Assembly (NCBI GenBank): GCA_020353515.1
Contig: CP070695.1
Span: 1-47,384 of the forward strand
Direction of reading: 5' to 3'
Source: Candidatus Heimdallarchaeota archaeon
GTDB taxonomy: Archaea > Asgardarchaeota > Heimdallarchaeia > Hodarchaeales > Hodarchaeaceae
Length of the DNA: 47,384 nucleotides
Shown: positions 20,815 through 30,482 of the stretch, piece by piece
Position numbering within the stretch: the stretch's first letter is position 1
How the letters are laid out: every line of letters begins with the position of its first letter
Program-made: the position numbers and the translations under genes
Notes under the pieces: model-generated
What the model saw: the letters and a program-made list of their open reading frames with translations, nothing else
Databases searched by the model: none
What the model was told of the DNA's origin: nothing

Positions 20815-21936
20815 TTGTATGGAGTAAAACAGTTGAGTAAGTCATTTCAAGATCCTGAAATAATTAAGAAGATTAAAACAAAAATTCATAATCTTGCAGA
20901 TAAATTTGTAGATCGTAAAATACGGATCTGCCACGTTTGTGGAACTCATGAATATACAATTTCCCATTGGGGAATTCGATCACTTTTACCCTCAAATATT
21001 GAAGTGATTGCTGGTCCTGGGTGTCCTGTTTGTATATGTCCTAATGAGGATATAGAACAAGGCATTTGGCTGGCAAAGAATGGATATACTCTTGCCACCT
21101 ATGGAGACATGGCTCGGGTTCCGAGTAATCAAGGATCTATACTCACTGCTCGAGCTGAGGGAGCAGATATAAGAGTTGTATATAGTTTTCTTGATGTAAT
21201 AAAACTTGCAAAGAGTAATCCTCAAAAAAATATAGTCTTTTTTGCCATTGGATTTGAAACAACAGCTCCCACTGTTGCTATTGAACTAATTAACCACCAA
21301 ATACCCTCCAACCTTTACATTCTTAGTGCCCATCGTCTTGTACCCCCTGCAATGAGTGTTTTAGTAGACCAGCCAGATATCCCTCTTGATGGTTTCATTG
21401 CTCCTGGACATGTTTCAGCAATCACTGGTTCAGGTATTTATGAATCTATCAGCGACCAACATAACGTTCCGATTGTTGTAGCAGGATTTGAACCCGCTGA
21501 TGTAATGTTAAGCATTCTTGCCATTCTCCAACAACTAATTCATTCTCGATCAAAGACAGAGAATCTATATTCCCGCGTGGTAACTAGGGAAGGAAATAAG
21601 ACAGCACTTACCGCTATGGATACAGCATACGAAGTCGTTGATGCAAGATGGAGAGGAATTGGAGTCATTCCTTCTTCTGGTTTTGAGATTGCTAAGGATT
21701 TTTCAAAGTTCAATATTCGGGTGAAAGAAGAAATTCCTATCACAGGTGGTAGAGATATCCCTAAGGGATGCCGTTGTGCAGATATTATGCTTGGAAAAAT
21801 CTACCCTGAGGACTGTTCGCTATTCAACTCACGATGCACACCAGAAAATCCCATTGGTCCATGTATGGTAGGGAATGAAGGGACTTGTGCAATCCACGCA
21901 AAATATGGTGGTCATCTAGATCTGGATAGCGATTAA
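20815..21936 (+). CDS. hypD: [NiFe]-hydrogenase maturation protein HypD
   Basis: CGTHE, GPGCPVC, GFETT, PGHVS, GFEP, and the C-terminal Fe-S motif CRC..C..C..GPCMV.EGTC. Confidence 0.96.
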   Translation: MYGVKQLSKSFQDPEIIKKIKTKIHNLADKFVDRKIRICHVCGTHEYTISHWGIRSLLPSNIEVIAGPGCPVCICPNEDIEQGIWLAKNGYTLATYGDMARVPSNQGSILTARAEGADIRVVYSFLDVIKLAKSNPQKNIVFFAIGFETTAPTVAIELINHQIPSNLYILSAHRLVPPAMSVLVDQPDIPLDGFIAPGHVSAITGSGIYESISDQHNVPIVVAGFEPADVMLSILAILQQLIHSRSKTENLYSRVVTREGNKTALTAMDTAYEVVDARWRGIGVIPSSGFEIAKDFSKFNIRVKEEIPITGGRDIPKGCRCADIMLGKIYPEDCSLFNSRCTPENPIGPCMVGNEGTCAIHAKYGGHLDLDSD

Positions 21937-23597
21937 CTCACAGATTCAAAACTGAATTTTGTTAACAATCCTTCATAAGCTTGAATAGTAATGTTATCAG
22001 TTGTGGAGGACAAGAGATTCAAGCTCTCAGTCGAAAAAATTATTGTAGAAGAAGGATAAGGGTTCTGGATTTGAATTAGCTTATTATTAAAATTGAATAT
22101 AACCAATAAAGCAACTAATTTCCCTTCCTGGTAACCCAAACGTTCGAAAGTAAGGCAATTTTTGCAAGGAATTGAGAGATTTAAGAGTTTTCCTTCACAA
22201 AGTGCATTTTCTGATTTTCGAAGATGTATTAATTGTTTAAAATAAGAAAGCATTGATTTTTCATCATTCTTTTGGTTTTCTACGTTGATTACATCTGAAT
22301 TTGTGCTAATTGGTAACCAAGGGATCGTATCTAGCTTAGGTGAAAATCCCGCATTTCCACTAGAATTATCCCATTGCATAGGAGTTCGACATCCATCACG
22401 CCCCAAAAACTTACCAATCGGAATACCCATCACTTTCAGTTTGGCAAGTGGATCTTTTAATGCTTCTTTTGGAATTTTTCCTTGATGCATTCCAATTTCT
22501 TCACCATAGTAGATAAAAGGGGTTCCTCGGACAGTCAATAGAAGAAGAGTCAATAATTTTGCCTTTTTTTCATTATTCCCAACTCTTGAAATCATTCGGG
22601 TTTTATCGTGGTTAGAAAAAACATAACAGGGCCAATATGGGTCTGATAAAATACTTTCTGTTTCTTGTATTACCTGAAAGAATTTTTTCGCTGAAAATGA
22701 CTGGTCACTGAATTTAAAATTAAAAACGAGGTTCAATCCATTGTTATTTTCCCCATATAGAGGACGAAATATCCGTGGTCCTCCCATTACTTCCCCTACA
22801 ACCATTCGTTCAGGAACATAAGAGTCGATAAGGCTCCGAATGTGAATACACATGTTGATAGTTTCAGGAAGAAAAGCTGTATACTTCGGGTTCTGGAACA
22901 GGTAAGCAGTTGAATCACTGGAAGGTAATAAACGCCAGCTTCGTGGGTTATCACGAAAATCTTTGTCTTCAAAGAGTGTGTGAATTATGTCAAGTCTAAA
23001 GCCGTCAACTCCCTTTTCTACCCAGAATCGAACGGTTTCGAGCATCTCCTCTTGAACAGCACTATTACGCCAATTAAGATCAGGTTGAAAAGGTAGAAAT
23101 TGGTGGAAAAAATATTCTTGTGTATATTTATCCCATTTCCAAGCGTTTCCTCCAAAAACAGCCCTCCAATTATTCGGAGGTTTATCTTGTTTTTTTCCCC
23201 GTCCTTTTCTCCATATATACCAATCACGTTTTGGATTTGTAGTATTTGAACGGGATTCGAGGAACCATGGATGTTCATCAGAAGTATGGTTCAATACCAT
23301 GTCTAAGATTATTTTGATGTCAAGTGAATGAGCTTTTTCCAATAATTCTTCAAAATCCTTCATTGTACCGTATCCAGGATCAATTGTTCTATAATCACTA
23401 ATATCATACCCAAAATCCTTTTGTGGAGAGGAAAAGAATGGTGAAAACCAAATGGCATCTATCCCCAGCTCTTGTAAATAATCTAATCTTTCAATGACAC
23501 CTTGAAGATCACCAATTCCATTATTATTACTATCCGCGAATGAACGAGGATAGATTTGATAGAAAACCGCTTTTTGCCACCATTTTTTCTTTTCCAC
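21933..23597 (-). CDS. GH13 alpha-glucosidase / oligo-1,6-glucosidase
   Basis: YQIYPRSFADSN, DFGYDISDY, DMVLNHTS, QPDLNW, GVDGFRLD, VGE, SNHD, GRDGCRTPMQW. Confidence 0.93.
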   Translation of the reverse strand: MEKKKWWQKAVFYQIYPRSFADSNNNGIGDLQGVIERLDYLQELGIDAIWFSPFFSSPQKDFGYDISDYRTIDPGYGTMKDFEELLEKAHSLDIKIILDMVLNHTSDEHPWFLESRSNTTNPKRDWYIWRKGRGKKQDKPPNNWRAVFGGNAWKWDKYTQEYFFHQFLPFQPDLNWRNSAVQEEMLETVRFWVEKGVDGFRLDIIHTLFEDKDFRDNPRSWRLLPSSDSTAYLFQNPKYTAFLPETINMCIHIRSLIDSYVPERMVVGEVMGGPRIFRPLYGENNNGLNLVFNFKFSDQSFSAKKFFQVIQETESILSDPYWPCYVFSNHDKTRMISRVGNNEKKAKLLTLLLLTVRGTPFIYYGEEIGMHQGKIPKEALKDPLAKLKVMGIPIGKFLGRDGCRTPMQWDNSSGNAGFSPKLDTIPWLPISTNSDVINVENQKNDEKSMLSYFKQLIHLRKSENALCEGKLLNLSIPCKNCLTFERLGYQEGKLVALLVIFNFNNKLIQIQNPYPSSTIIFSTESLNLLSSTTDNITIQAYEGLLTKFSFESVS

Positions 23598-23660
23598 AAC
23601 TAGTCCTATCCAAGATGGTGAGAATAATTAGGTAAATCGGGATTAATCTATCTGATTCCA

Positions 23661-24482
23661 TTAAAAATTTGTAAGTTGACGTGCTTTTCGCATAATAAAA
23701 GGGTGTTTAAGCTTTACCTGTAGTTTGTGCAGCCTTTTGCCCGCAATACCTAACATCAACATATAGGATTGGAAAACTTTGTTGAGATCTTCAATAGATC
23801 GTGGTGCTAATTCCATTGTAACGGTTCCTGAAAAAGAATTAGCGTTTAAAAATTCTCTAATGGGAGAAATTGGCATATCTCCCTCTGTTAACAATGGAAA
23901 ATGTGTATCCTCCTCTCTAGTTCCTCCTGAGATGTGGATATACCCGTTTGATGAACGAAGTAAATCCATACAAAAAGCTGGAAGTTCTAAAAATAGTTCA
24001 CCATATGTTATCCATGAGTGCGGCATATCAAAGCACATCCCTAAATGGCGATTGACATTAGCTTGTGTCGTTTCAATGAACTCTTTGAATTCATCCCAAG
24101 ATTGATATGGCATATTTTCAAGTAGAGGGAGGGGTAGTTTCTCTAGTCTGTCATAGAAATTTTCCCAAGAACCACTTGCATCCGTAGGAGGATGGACAAC
24201 GACTCCGATGATATTTAAATCATTTTGAGCTGCAAGAACGTTATCAACAAACTGATCAACGACAGGATCATCTGTGGATAGGTCAATACCGTAATCCTCT
24301 AGATAAGGTGCATGAATTACCGTTTGAGGCGCTTCTAAGACCTTAATTACGTTCTCAATGTCGTTAAAAACTGTTAGATCAAATTCAATGTGTTTTAATC
24401 GGATGGCAGAGGCTATTTTTACCAAGGTTGAAGGGAGAATATCGTTCAATTGTTGAATAGAGAGTCCAGTGATAAAAGTCAT
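23661..24482 (-). CDS. Xylose-isomerase/AP-endonuclease-2-like metal-binding TIM barrel
   Basis: HAPY, VVHP, LENMP, CFDMPH, HISG, DTH, TME metal-ligand pattern. Confidence 0.75.
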   Translation of the reverse strand: MTFITGLSIQQLNDILPSTLVKIASAIRLKHIEFDLTVFNDIENVIKVLEAPQTVIHAPYLEDYGIDLSTDDPVVDQFVDNVLAAQNDLNIIGVVVHPPTDASGSWENFYDRLEKLPLPLLENMPYQSWDEFKEFIETTQANVNRHLGMCFDMPHSWITYGELFLELPAFCMDLLRSSNGYIHISGGTREEDTHFPLLTEGDMPISPIREFLNANSFSGTVTMELAPRSIEDLNKVFQSYMLMLGIAGKRLHKLQVKLKHPFIMRKARQLTNF

Positions 24483-24517
24483 TTATTCACCAAATATTAT
24501 CAAGATGCTTGGAATTG

Positions 24518-25825
24518 TTACCAGGGGCCATTTTTTGGGAATTGTGGATCCCAGTCACTTGGTATACTGCCAGTAGCATACATTGTCAGGTTGAGATTTT
24601 CGAAACACTTATTTTTTACAGTTTGAATATCTTCTACAGAGACTTTTGAGATGTTTTCTAAGAAATCTGCCACGGAGAGAGGGTGACGGAATTTAATGTA
24701 TTTTTGTAAAAGGTCAATACCATAATTAGTAGGATCTTCGATTTCGGAAGTATATGAGCCTAAGGTTTCCTCTTTCAAATCGTTAACAGTTTGAGGAGTA
24801 ATTTCAAGATCATGAACATGAACTAGTAGATCCATGACTTTGTGAAAGACATTTTTTGTTTCTTTTGGCGGACTTATGAAAAAGATACCACTTATTGAGA
24901 TATCGAAAAGCGCTTCGAATCCAAAACGACACACGCTTGCTATTCCTTTACTAGTTATTTCCCGGTATAATAATGAAGTTCGAGAATTCCCTATAAATGT
25001 GTTTAGTAACAATAATGGATAGAAATCTGATGAATTGATGCCTGGGGTAGCCCAAGATAAAGCAACATAAGTGAGAGGTTTATCGAGTTTCTTACTCGAA
25101 TAAGAGATACTATTCTTACTACTCTTCTCTGGAGTAACTCTTGGAGGAAAAATAGGATGAGGTCGTGGTTCGGAGATTGCCTCGTTAAAAATTGAAGTTA
25201 GATATTGCTTTTCTCCTTCCAAATCAAAACCACCAACTAGAGTTACAACCGCATTATCAAGAGAATAATACTGTGTGATATAATCAGTCATCATATTTAG
25301 GGTAATTGCTCCCACCGATTCAGGAGTTCCGAGAATATTATGTTCTAATGCAGTTCCTGAGAATTGTTTTTGCCGAACCGTATAATTTGTATCAAATTCT
25401 GGCATATCTGCATATAATTGGATCTCCTGTAGTATAACTTGTTTCTCAGCTTTAAATTCTTCTGGATTAAGGACGTCATTGACCAATAGATCTTTCCAAA
25501 TCTCAGCTGCATGACGTAAATTGCGTGTTGGAACCTTTGCATAGTAAACTGTGTGATCATAGCTAGTAAATGCATTTAAATCTGCACCTAGACGCGTAAA
25601 TGCCTCGTTCACTTGTTTGGCTGTTTTTGTAGGTGTTCCTTTGAAAAACATGTGTTCTAAGAAGTGACTGATACCATCATTTGACCCAGATCCAAACCCT
25701 TTTTCATACATACTTCCAGCATGGAAACCCACCGCAAATAAAGCTGTTTTCCCTCCTGGAATGGAAACTAGTTGTAATTTCAGATTGTTGTCCAATGTTA
25801 CTAATTCAGATTGCTCATTATTCAT
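24518..25825 (-). CDS. M16B zinc metallopeptidase, catalytic subunit
   Basis: GISHFLEHMFFKGT (HxxEH), LNAFTSYDHTVY, EKQVILQEI. Confidence 0.93.
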   Translation of the reverse strand: MNNEQSELVTLDNNLKLQLVSIPGGKTALFAVGFHAGSMYEKGFGSGSNDGISHFLEHMFFKGTPTKTAKQVNEAFTRLGADLNAFTSYDHTVYYAKVPTRNLRHAAEIWKDLLVNDVLNPEEFKAEKQVILQEIQLYADMPEFDTNYTVRQKQFSGTALEHNILGTPESVGAITLNMMTDYITQYYSLDNAVVTLVGGFDLEGEKQYLTSIFNEAISEPRPHPIFPPRVTPEKSSKNSISYSSKKLDKPLTYVALSWATPGINSSDFYPLLLLNTFIGNSRTSLLYREITSKGIASVCRFGFEALFDISISGIFFISPPKETKNVFHKVMDLLVHVHDLEITPQTVNDLKEETLGSYTSEIEDPTNYGIDLLQKYIKFRHPLSVADFLENISKVSVEDIQTVKNKCFENLNLTMYATGSIPSDWDPQFPKNGPW

Positions 25826-25834
25826 TAGAATACC

Positions 25835-27088
25835 TCAGGACACATTGTAAGTCTTACTTGTCCAGTTTTCCTCAATCTTACTAGAATCAATATTTCCAGA
25901 AATAGCTAAGCTGAAATTTTCTGGTCGTAGGAGAGTTGTCTTCCACCAAGAGTGGAGCTCTTTACGAGTTACCCCCTGTATTTCCTCATACCCTGATTCG
26001 ATCTGAGGTGAAAGTCCATGAACTTTTCGGTTAATAATTTTGGATGCAGTCTGTCGGGAATCGTCAAAAGCTAGGTCTAATTGACCTAACATGAAATCAC
26101 GTGTTGTATCATATTCTTCAAGTGAAATTTCTTCTTTACCCATATCAGTAAGTATCTCAACTAATGAATCAATTGCCTCCTCCGTTCGCTTTGGAGAGGT
26201 TTCCATAAAGTAACGTTGAATCAACATATTATCGAAGAGTTTTAGCGTCGCTCCAGCAATGTAGCCAAACGCTTTTTGGTCACGCAGGATTGCAAACATT
26301 CTTGACCCAAAGGATTCCCCTAAAAGTGCACTTGAAAACCGTGCTAATCCGATTAAACTTGGTTGCAACTCGATAGTAATGTTAATACACAGGTAAACAC
26401 TTCCATCCTCCTTCATTGGCCTAGAGATTAGATGATTTGGAGGAGTAACTCTTTGTGGAAAAGATTGAGATTTTTGAACTTTAGTCTCTAGGGTGTTGGA
26501 GAATTCTGAAAATTTTTGATTGATTTTTTTTTGGAGAGAGTCTGATATCGCTCCAACGGTAAACCCCCAGGGCTGGACTAATAATTCTTGATGAGTTTTT
26601 TGGAGATCATCTTTTGTGAGTTGGTTTAAGGAATCTGGTGTTCCAATTTGAGGGCGACCAAGTGGATGGGTCTCTCCAAAAGCAGCTTTATCCGCATCAA
26701 ATAACAACATTCTTCGTACTGGATTGGATTGAACCTGGTGAAAGATTTGTATTAAATTCTGTTTTTCTATAAGGATGTGGTTCTCATCGAGAGTGGGAAG
26801 TGAAATCATTTCACAAAGGAGATCTAGAGTTCGTACAGCGAATTTTGGTTGAATTTGAGCACCGATGATAGAGAAATCTTTTTCTGTTGCCGAAAATAAC
26901 GTTCCACCAGTTCCATCAATCATTCTGGCGATTTCATTTTCATTATGTTGTTTAGTCCCTCGTGCCATTGTTTGTAATAGAACTTGTGTGGATCCAGCAA
27001 GAGTGTCATGAGAAGCTCCATGATGAGTTACTATTCCAAGACATATGGTACGCAAATTAGGATACGGACGAAACACTGTTGAGAACAT
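25835..27088 (-). CDS. M16B peptidase, non-catalytic partner subunit
   Basis: HxxEH is replaced by QVLLQ (GSTQVLLQTMARGT). HPLGRPQIG and SRMFAILRDQKAFGY (R/Y substrate pair) are retained. SD AGGAG upstream. Confidence 0.85.
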   Translation of the reverse strand: MFSTVFRPYPNLRTICLGIVTHHGASHDTLAGSTQVLLQTMARGTKQHNENEIARMIDGTGGTLFSATEKDFSIIGAQIQPKFAVRTLDLLCEMISLPTLDENHILIEKQNLIQIFHQVQSNPVRRMLLFDADKAAFGETHPLGRPQIGTPDSLNQLTKDDLQKTHQELLVQPWGFTVGAISDSLQKKINQKFSEFSNTLETKVQKSQSFPQRVTPPNHLISRPMKEDGSVYLCINITIELQPSLIGLARFSSALLGESFGSRMFAILRDQKAFGYIAGATLKLFDNMLIQRYFMETSPKRTEEAIDSLVEILTDMGKEEISLEEYDTTRDFMLGQLDLAFDDSRQTASKIINRKVHGLSPQIESGYEEIQGVTRKELHSWWKTTLLRPENFSLAISGNIDSSKIEENWTSKTYNVS

Positions 27089-27150
27089 TAATTAATCTCC
27101 TTGATGTCTTACTACGGTGAGTTGAATTATATTTATTTAGATAATTGCTA

Positions 27151-28665
27151 TTAAGCAAGCTGGAGGGTCGAAGCCCGATCAGGAGCAACTTTAGCTCGTC
27201 CTTTTTTCCACCACCAAAGAAAGGCAATTCCCAGCGCGATGGTGAAAAGAAGAACCTGGGCACCCATTACTACCCATAACATGTTGAAAGTTTCAAGTTG
27301 AGGATTGATGGAAGATAATTGACTCGCGAGAGTTACTTGGAGGTTAACACCAAATAATAGGTCAAGAGCTGGCATAGCTCCTCCACCAACCGTCCCTACC
27401 AAAGCTGCTGTCTTACTAACACGATGACTGGTTACAGACAGTTCAGGAAGACTTAGTTTTAATAGAACTGTTCCAGTCTCATTTTTGACGGAAATAGATC
27501 CAGTGAGAGGAGTGAATCGAAATCCTGCGTCAACTAACGGTGTAACAAAGAATGTCAATACTTTGGGTAAGTTTTGTGGTCGGGGATCAATAAATTGAGA
27601 GGAGGGTTGGATTAAACAACCACTTAGTAATGGTTCAACAACCAATCGCTTAGTAACATCTGTTAATTCAAATTCTCCCCGCGTTTCTTTTTCTTCTTCC
27701 CCTGAGAGGAAATGTGATTTATCTTTGGCAATTTCTCTTACAATCCTAGATAGAGTTACAACAAGTGGGTAAGTTTTACGAGAGAGCATTTTCGAATAAT
27801 AATGGACATGAGTGTGCATGGTATCTGCGGATGGAGGTTCCAAAGGGGTACCAGCCATTTTCTCGAATTTGACTTCTTCCCTTGCTGCCTTTTTTAATTT
27901 TTCTGAAACTCCACCTCGCATCGCGAGAGCGTCATCTGCTTTAGCGGCAACGGGTGCAGGAGTTGGTGCTGGTCTGGGGGGAGGTGCACCAGCTGCAGTG
28001 GAAGGAGGTGGTGCAGCTTTGGGAGCAGGAGGGGAAATTCTAGGAGAACCAGGAGGTGAAGGTGGAGCAGCAGGAGGGCCTGCGGGTGCTGCAGTAGGTT
28101 CAGGGGGAGGAGCAGCTGGTGTGGGAGTTGGTCTAGTAGGAGTAAATTTCTTAGTAGGGGCAGCTGATCGCATTCTTTCTGACGAAATCTCTTCTAAAGC
28201 TCCTTCTAAAATATTGTCAAGTGCTGCTTCTTCAAGGGCCTCTTCTTCTTTCTCATACATTAATTCTGGTTCGGTTTCTTCTGCCTCCGGAAATTGAAGC
28301 TCTTCCAGCTTCCTCGAAAAAGTAGCTGCACTTTTAGAATAGATTTTATTGGTTGATAAGGCCAATCCAGTTAGGAGAGGCTGAAAAGTTTCATCATGAG
28401 CTAGAGCTTCCCATACTCCCTCTGCATAGAGTAACGTTTGGAGAACAACGTACTTACCTGCATCAGTAGCTTCCATTAATAAAGTGAAAATTGTTAACAG
28501 AAATTGATCTGAAGCCTCTGGAAAAAAAGTTTCCAAAGTAGAAGCAAGGTAATTATGAAATTCCTTGTTATCAACATAACTTGAGTCGAGTCGAAGAGTT
28601 GAAAGAAGTTCAGGGACAAAATCTAACCAATTTGATGCAGATTTTAGAGAGAATGGAAAATACAT
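27151..28665 (-). CDS. C-terminally membrane-anchored protein with acidic and Pro/Ala-rich linkers and a beta-rich domain
   Basis: Helical N-domain, Glu-rich stretch, ~70-aa P/A-rich tract, beta-rich region, and C-terminal hydrophobic helices ending WWWKKGR. No N-terminal signal peptide. Confidence 0.8.
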   Translation of the reverse strand: MYFPFSLKSASNWLDFVPELLSTLRLDSSYVDNKEFHNYLASTLETFFPEASDQFLLTIFTLLMEATDAGKYVVLQTLLYAEGVWEALAHDETFQPLLTGLALSTNKIYSKSAATFSRKLEELQFPEAEETEPELMYEKEEEALEEAALDNILEGALEEISSERMRSAAPTKKFTPTRPTPTPAAPPPEPTAAPAGPPAAPPSPPGSPRISPPAPKAAPPPSTAAGAPPPRPAPTPAPVAAKADDALAMRGGVSEKLKKAAREEVKFEKMAGTPLEPPSADTMHTHVHYYSKMLSRKTYPLVVTLSRIVREIAKDKSHFLSGEEEKETRGEFELTDVTKRLVVEPLLSGCLIQPSSQFIDPRPQNLPKVLTFFVTPLVDAGFRFTPLTGSISVKNETGTVLLKLSLPELSVTSHRVSKTAALVGTVGGGAMPALDLLFGVNLQVTLASQLSSINPQLETFNMLWVVMGAQVLLFTIALGIAFLWWWKKGRAKVAPDRASTLQLA

Positions 28666-28746
28666 TGTCTTACCTCTTTTTACATCTAAAATTCCTACTT
28701 TCTTAAAGTATTTTAGGTCTGAAAGAAAATAATTTATTAGCTGACA

Positions 28747-28778
28747 AGGGTATCAAAATAATTTCATGTGGATACCCT
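28747..28778. promoter_or_regulatory. Inverted repeat AGGGTATC-N16-GATACCCT (terminator hairpin or operator)
   Basis: Perfect 8-bp arms between the end of the four-gene operon and the start of the Pro-rich gene. Confidence 0.35.
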
Positions 28779-28843
28779 GTTCTTGAATATGCTAAAAAGG
28801 GTTGTAGTAAGGATTGAACTTGGAATAATAAAAAATAATAACA

Positions 28844-29230
28844 TTAACTCTTCTGTACATTCTTTTCCTTTCTTAGTTTAATAATTTCATCTTGAATTTC
28901 TTTGATTAATTGATTATAAGGACAGAGGAGGCATAAATCGATATTCCTTATTTCCTCAGCGTCATTAAGGTTGAAAAGGGTTCCCTGGTCAATTATTTTA
29001 GCTAAACCTTGCGGAATAAAGACAATTCCTTCTTGAATCAATCTAAAAATCTCCCTGAGAATATTTTCCTTCTGTTTAAGTGTTCGGATCTCAAGGAGGT
29101 TGAGTAAATATCCTAAGTTTTGTGTTTCAGTATCTTTAAATGACAAAAGAATGAGGGCACGATCAGTTAATTGAGCTCTATCGTCATCATTGATTCCTAT
29201 TTCTGTTAATAAGTTCTTCTTTGGTTTCAT
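28844..29230 (-). CDS. Small winged-helix-like protein, paralogue of 29730..30197
   Basis: QLTDRALILLSFKDTETQNL..ILREIFRLIQEGIVFIPQGL..IDQG.LF..IDLCLL.PY aligns nearly residue for residue with the paralogue. Confidence 0.8.
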   Translation of the reverse strand: MKPKKNLLTEIGINDDDRAQLTDRALILLSFKDTETQNLGYLLNLLEIRTLKQKENILREIFRLIQEGIVFIPQGLAKIIDQGTLFNLNDAEEIRNIDLCLLCPYNQLIKEIQDEIIKLRKEKNVQKS

Positions 29231-29267
29231 TGACCATCGAACCTTTAATAATATGAAACAAACTCCG

Positions 29268-29705
29268 TTAAATACTTTGATTTAGCCTTGGTAAGTATAA
29301 CTGTAGCAGTCTTTTAAGTAATGAATTCTCATCGAGACCTAAAGCTGGAATCACATTGGGTTTGATTCGAGATAGGATATCAGTAATCGAAGAGTCCTCT
29401 GGGAAATTTAGCCTCTTTTTTATGGTTGTGATTTCCCAATATATTTCGTTAAGCTGAGTAAAATTTTCAATGTGAAAATTAAAGGCTTTCCGAATCTCTT
29501 CGAGACTATCGAAAAGGTTGACGAGATCTTCAATAGGGGTGTGAGGGGGCAAATTTAATGCGGATTGCATATGCTTGATGCAATGCCATGTCGCAATTAA
29601 GGCATGCTCAGAGGAACCATTTGCTAGTTTCAAATATTTTTTTAGTTCTTTAAGCTCCTGTTGTCTCTTCTCTTCCTCTGATGAAGAATCTTCATAGCTC
29701 ATCAT
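29268..29705 (-). CDS. Hypothetical helical protein with a weak internal repeat
   Basis: 'ALNLPPHTPIEDLVNLF' versus 'RLNFPEDSSITDILSRI'. It is embedded in the operon. Confidence 0.7.
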   Translation of the reverse strand: MMSYEDSSSEEEKRQQELKELKKYLKLANGSSEHALIATWHCIKHMQSALNLPPHTPIEDLVNLFDSLEEIRKAFNFHIENFTQLNEIYWEITTIKKRLNFPEDSSITDILSRIKPNVIPALGLDENSLLKRLLQLYLPRLNQSI

Positions 29706-29729
29706 TATAATGCGTCCTAATATAGATCT

Positions 29730-30197
29730 TCATATTTCCTGACTTTTATTCGTCTTATTAGTCTGTAATTGTACTATATCATTCTGAATTTCTTTGATCA
29801 AGTCTTCATATGGACGTAGGAGGCATATATCAATATCTTCAGCCTCAATAGAGTTGTTATTGGTGTCAAACAGGGAACCTTGATCGATTAGCAGAGGAAG
29901 CCCTCTAGGAACATAGATTATCCCCTCCCGAATCAGTCGATAGATCTCTTGTAAAATATTCCTTTTCTCTACCAATGTACGAATTCCAAGGACATTCAAA
30001 ACATACCTCAAATTCTGAGTTGAAGTATCCTTAAAGGATAGTAATAAAAGAGCACGATCTGCTAATTGGTTTGCTAGACGATCCTCATTTATTCTTTCAT
30101 CCTTTGCTTTTTCGGAGAGAAAATTTGTGTCCAATACAAGATCATGATTTTTTTCTTTTGACTCTTGCTTTCGAACATAAACAATTTCTGAGAACAT
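29730..30197 (-). CDS. Small winged-helix-like protein, paralogue of 28844..29230
   Basis: QLADRALLLLSFKDTSTQNL..ILQEIYRLIREGIIYVPRGL..IDQGSLF..IDICLLRPY. SD GGAGG overlaps the end of the upstream gene. Confidence 0.8.
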   Translation of the reverse strand: MFSEIVYVRKQESKEKNHDLVLDTNFLSEKAKDERINEDRLANQLADRALLLLSFKDTSTQNLRYVLNVLGIRTLVEKRNILQEIYRLIREGIIYVPRGLPLLIDQGSLFDTNNNSIEAEDIDICLLRPYEDLIKEIQNDIVQLQTNKTNKSQEI

Positions 30198-30198
30198 G

Positions 30199-30477
30199 TT
30201 AAAAACCTCCAGTAAGGGTATAACGAGAACTATCTGTTGGATCTTGGATTATCTGTAATTTCTCATGGGAAAAATATTCGATCAAGTCGAGAAAATACGT
30301 GAGGAGTTTTCTAAGCTCTGAATCTGTGAACTTGTTTCCTTCTTTCATTTGAAGAGAACACAGCTTATTTTGAAGCTCAATTGAAGAAAAGAGATTCGTT
30401 GACATGAATAGTAATTGGAAAATTTGATCTAACGACTTTTTGATTCCAAATTGTTCCGTAACTTGCACTTTGTCCAA
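30199..30477 (-). CDS. Small hypothetical protein, possibly winged helix; first gene of the operon
   Basis: 92 aa, with its stop 1 nt from the next start. The pattern is helix-helix-helix then 'LQIIQD..SRYTL' hairpin. The TTG start is uncertain. Confidence 0.6.
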   Translation of the reverse strand: MDKVQVTEQFGIKKSLDQIFQLLFMSTNLFSSIELQNKLCSLQMKEGNKFTDSELRKLLTYFLDLIEYFSHEKLQIIQDPTDSSRYTLTGGF

Positions 30478-30482
30478 CGTCC

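Noticed and set aside
27812-28297. 161-aa Gly/Ala-rich plus-strand ORF
   Set aside because: It is the antisense shadow of the Pro/Ala-rich codons of 27151..28665.
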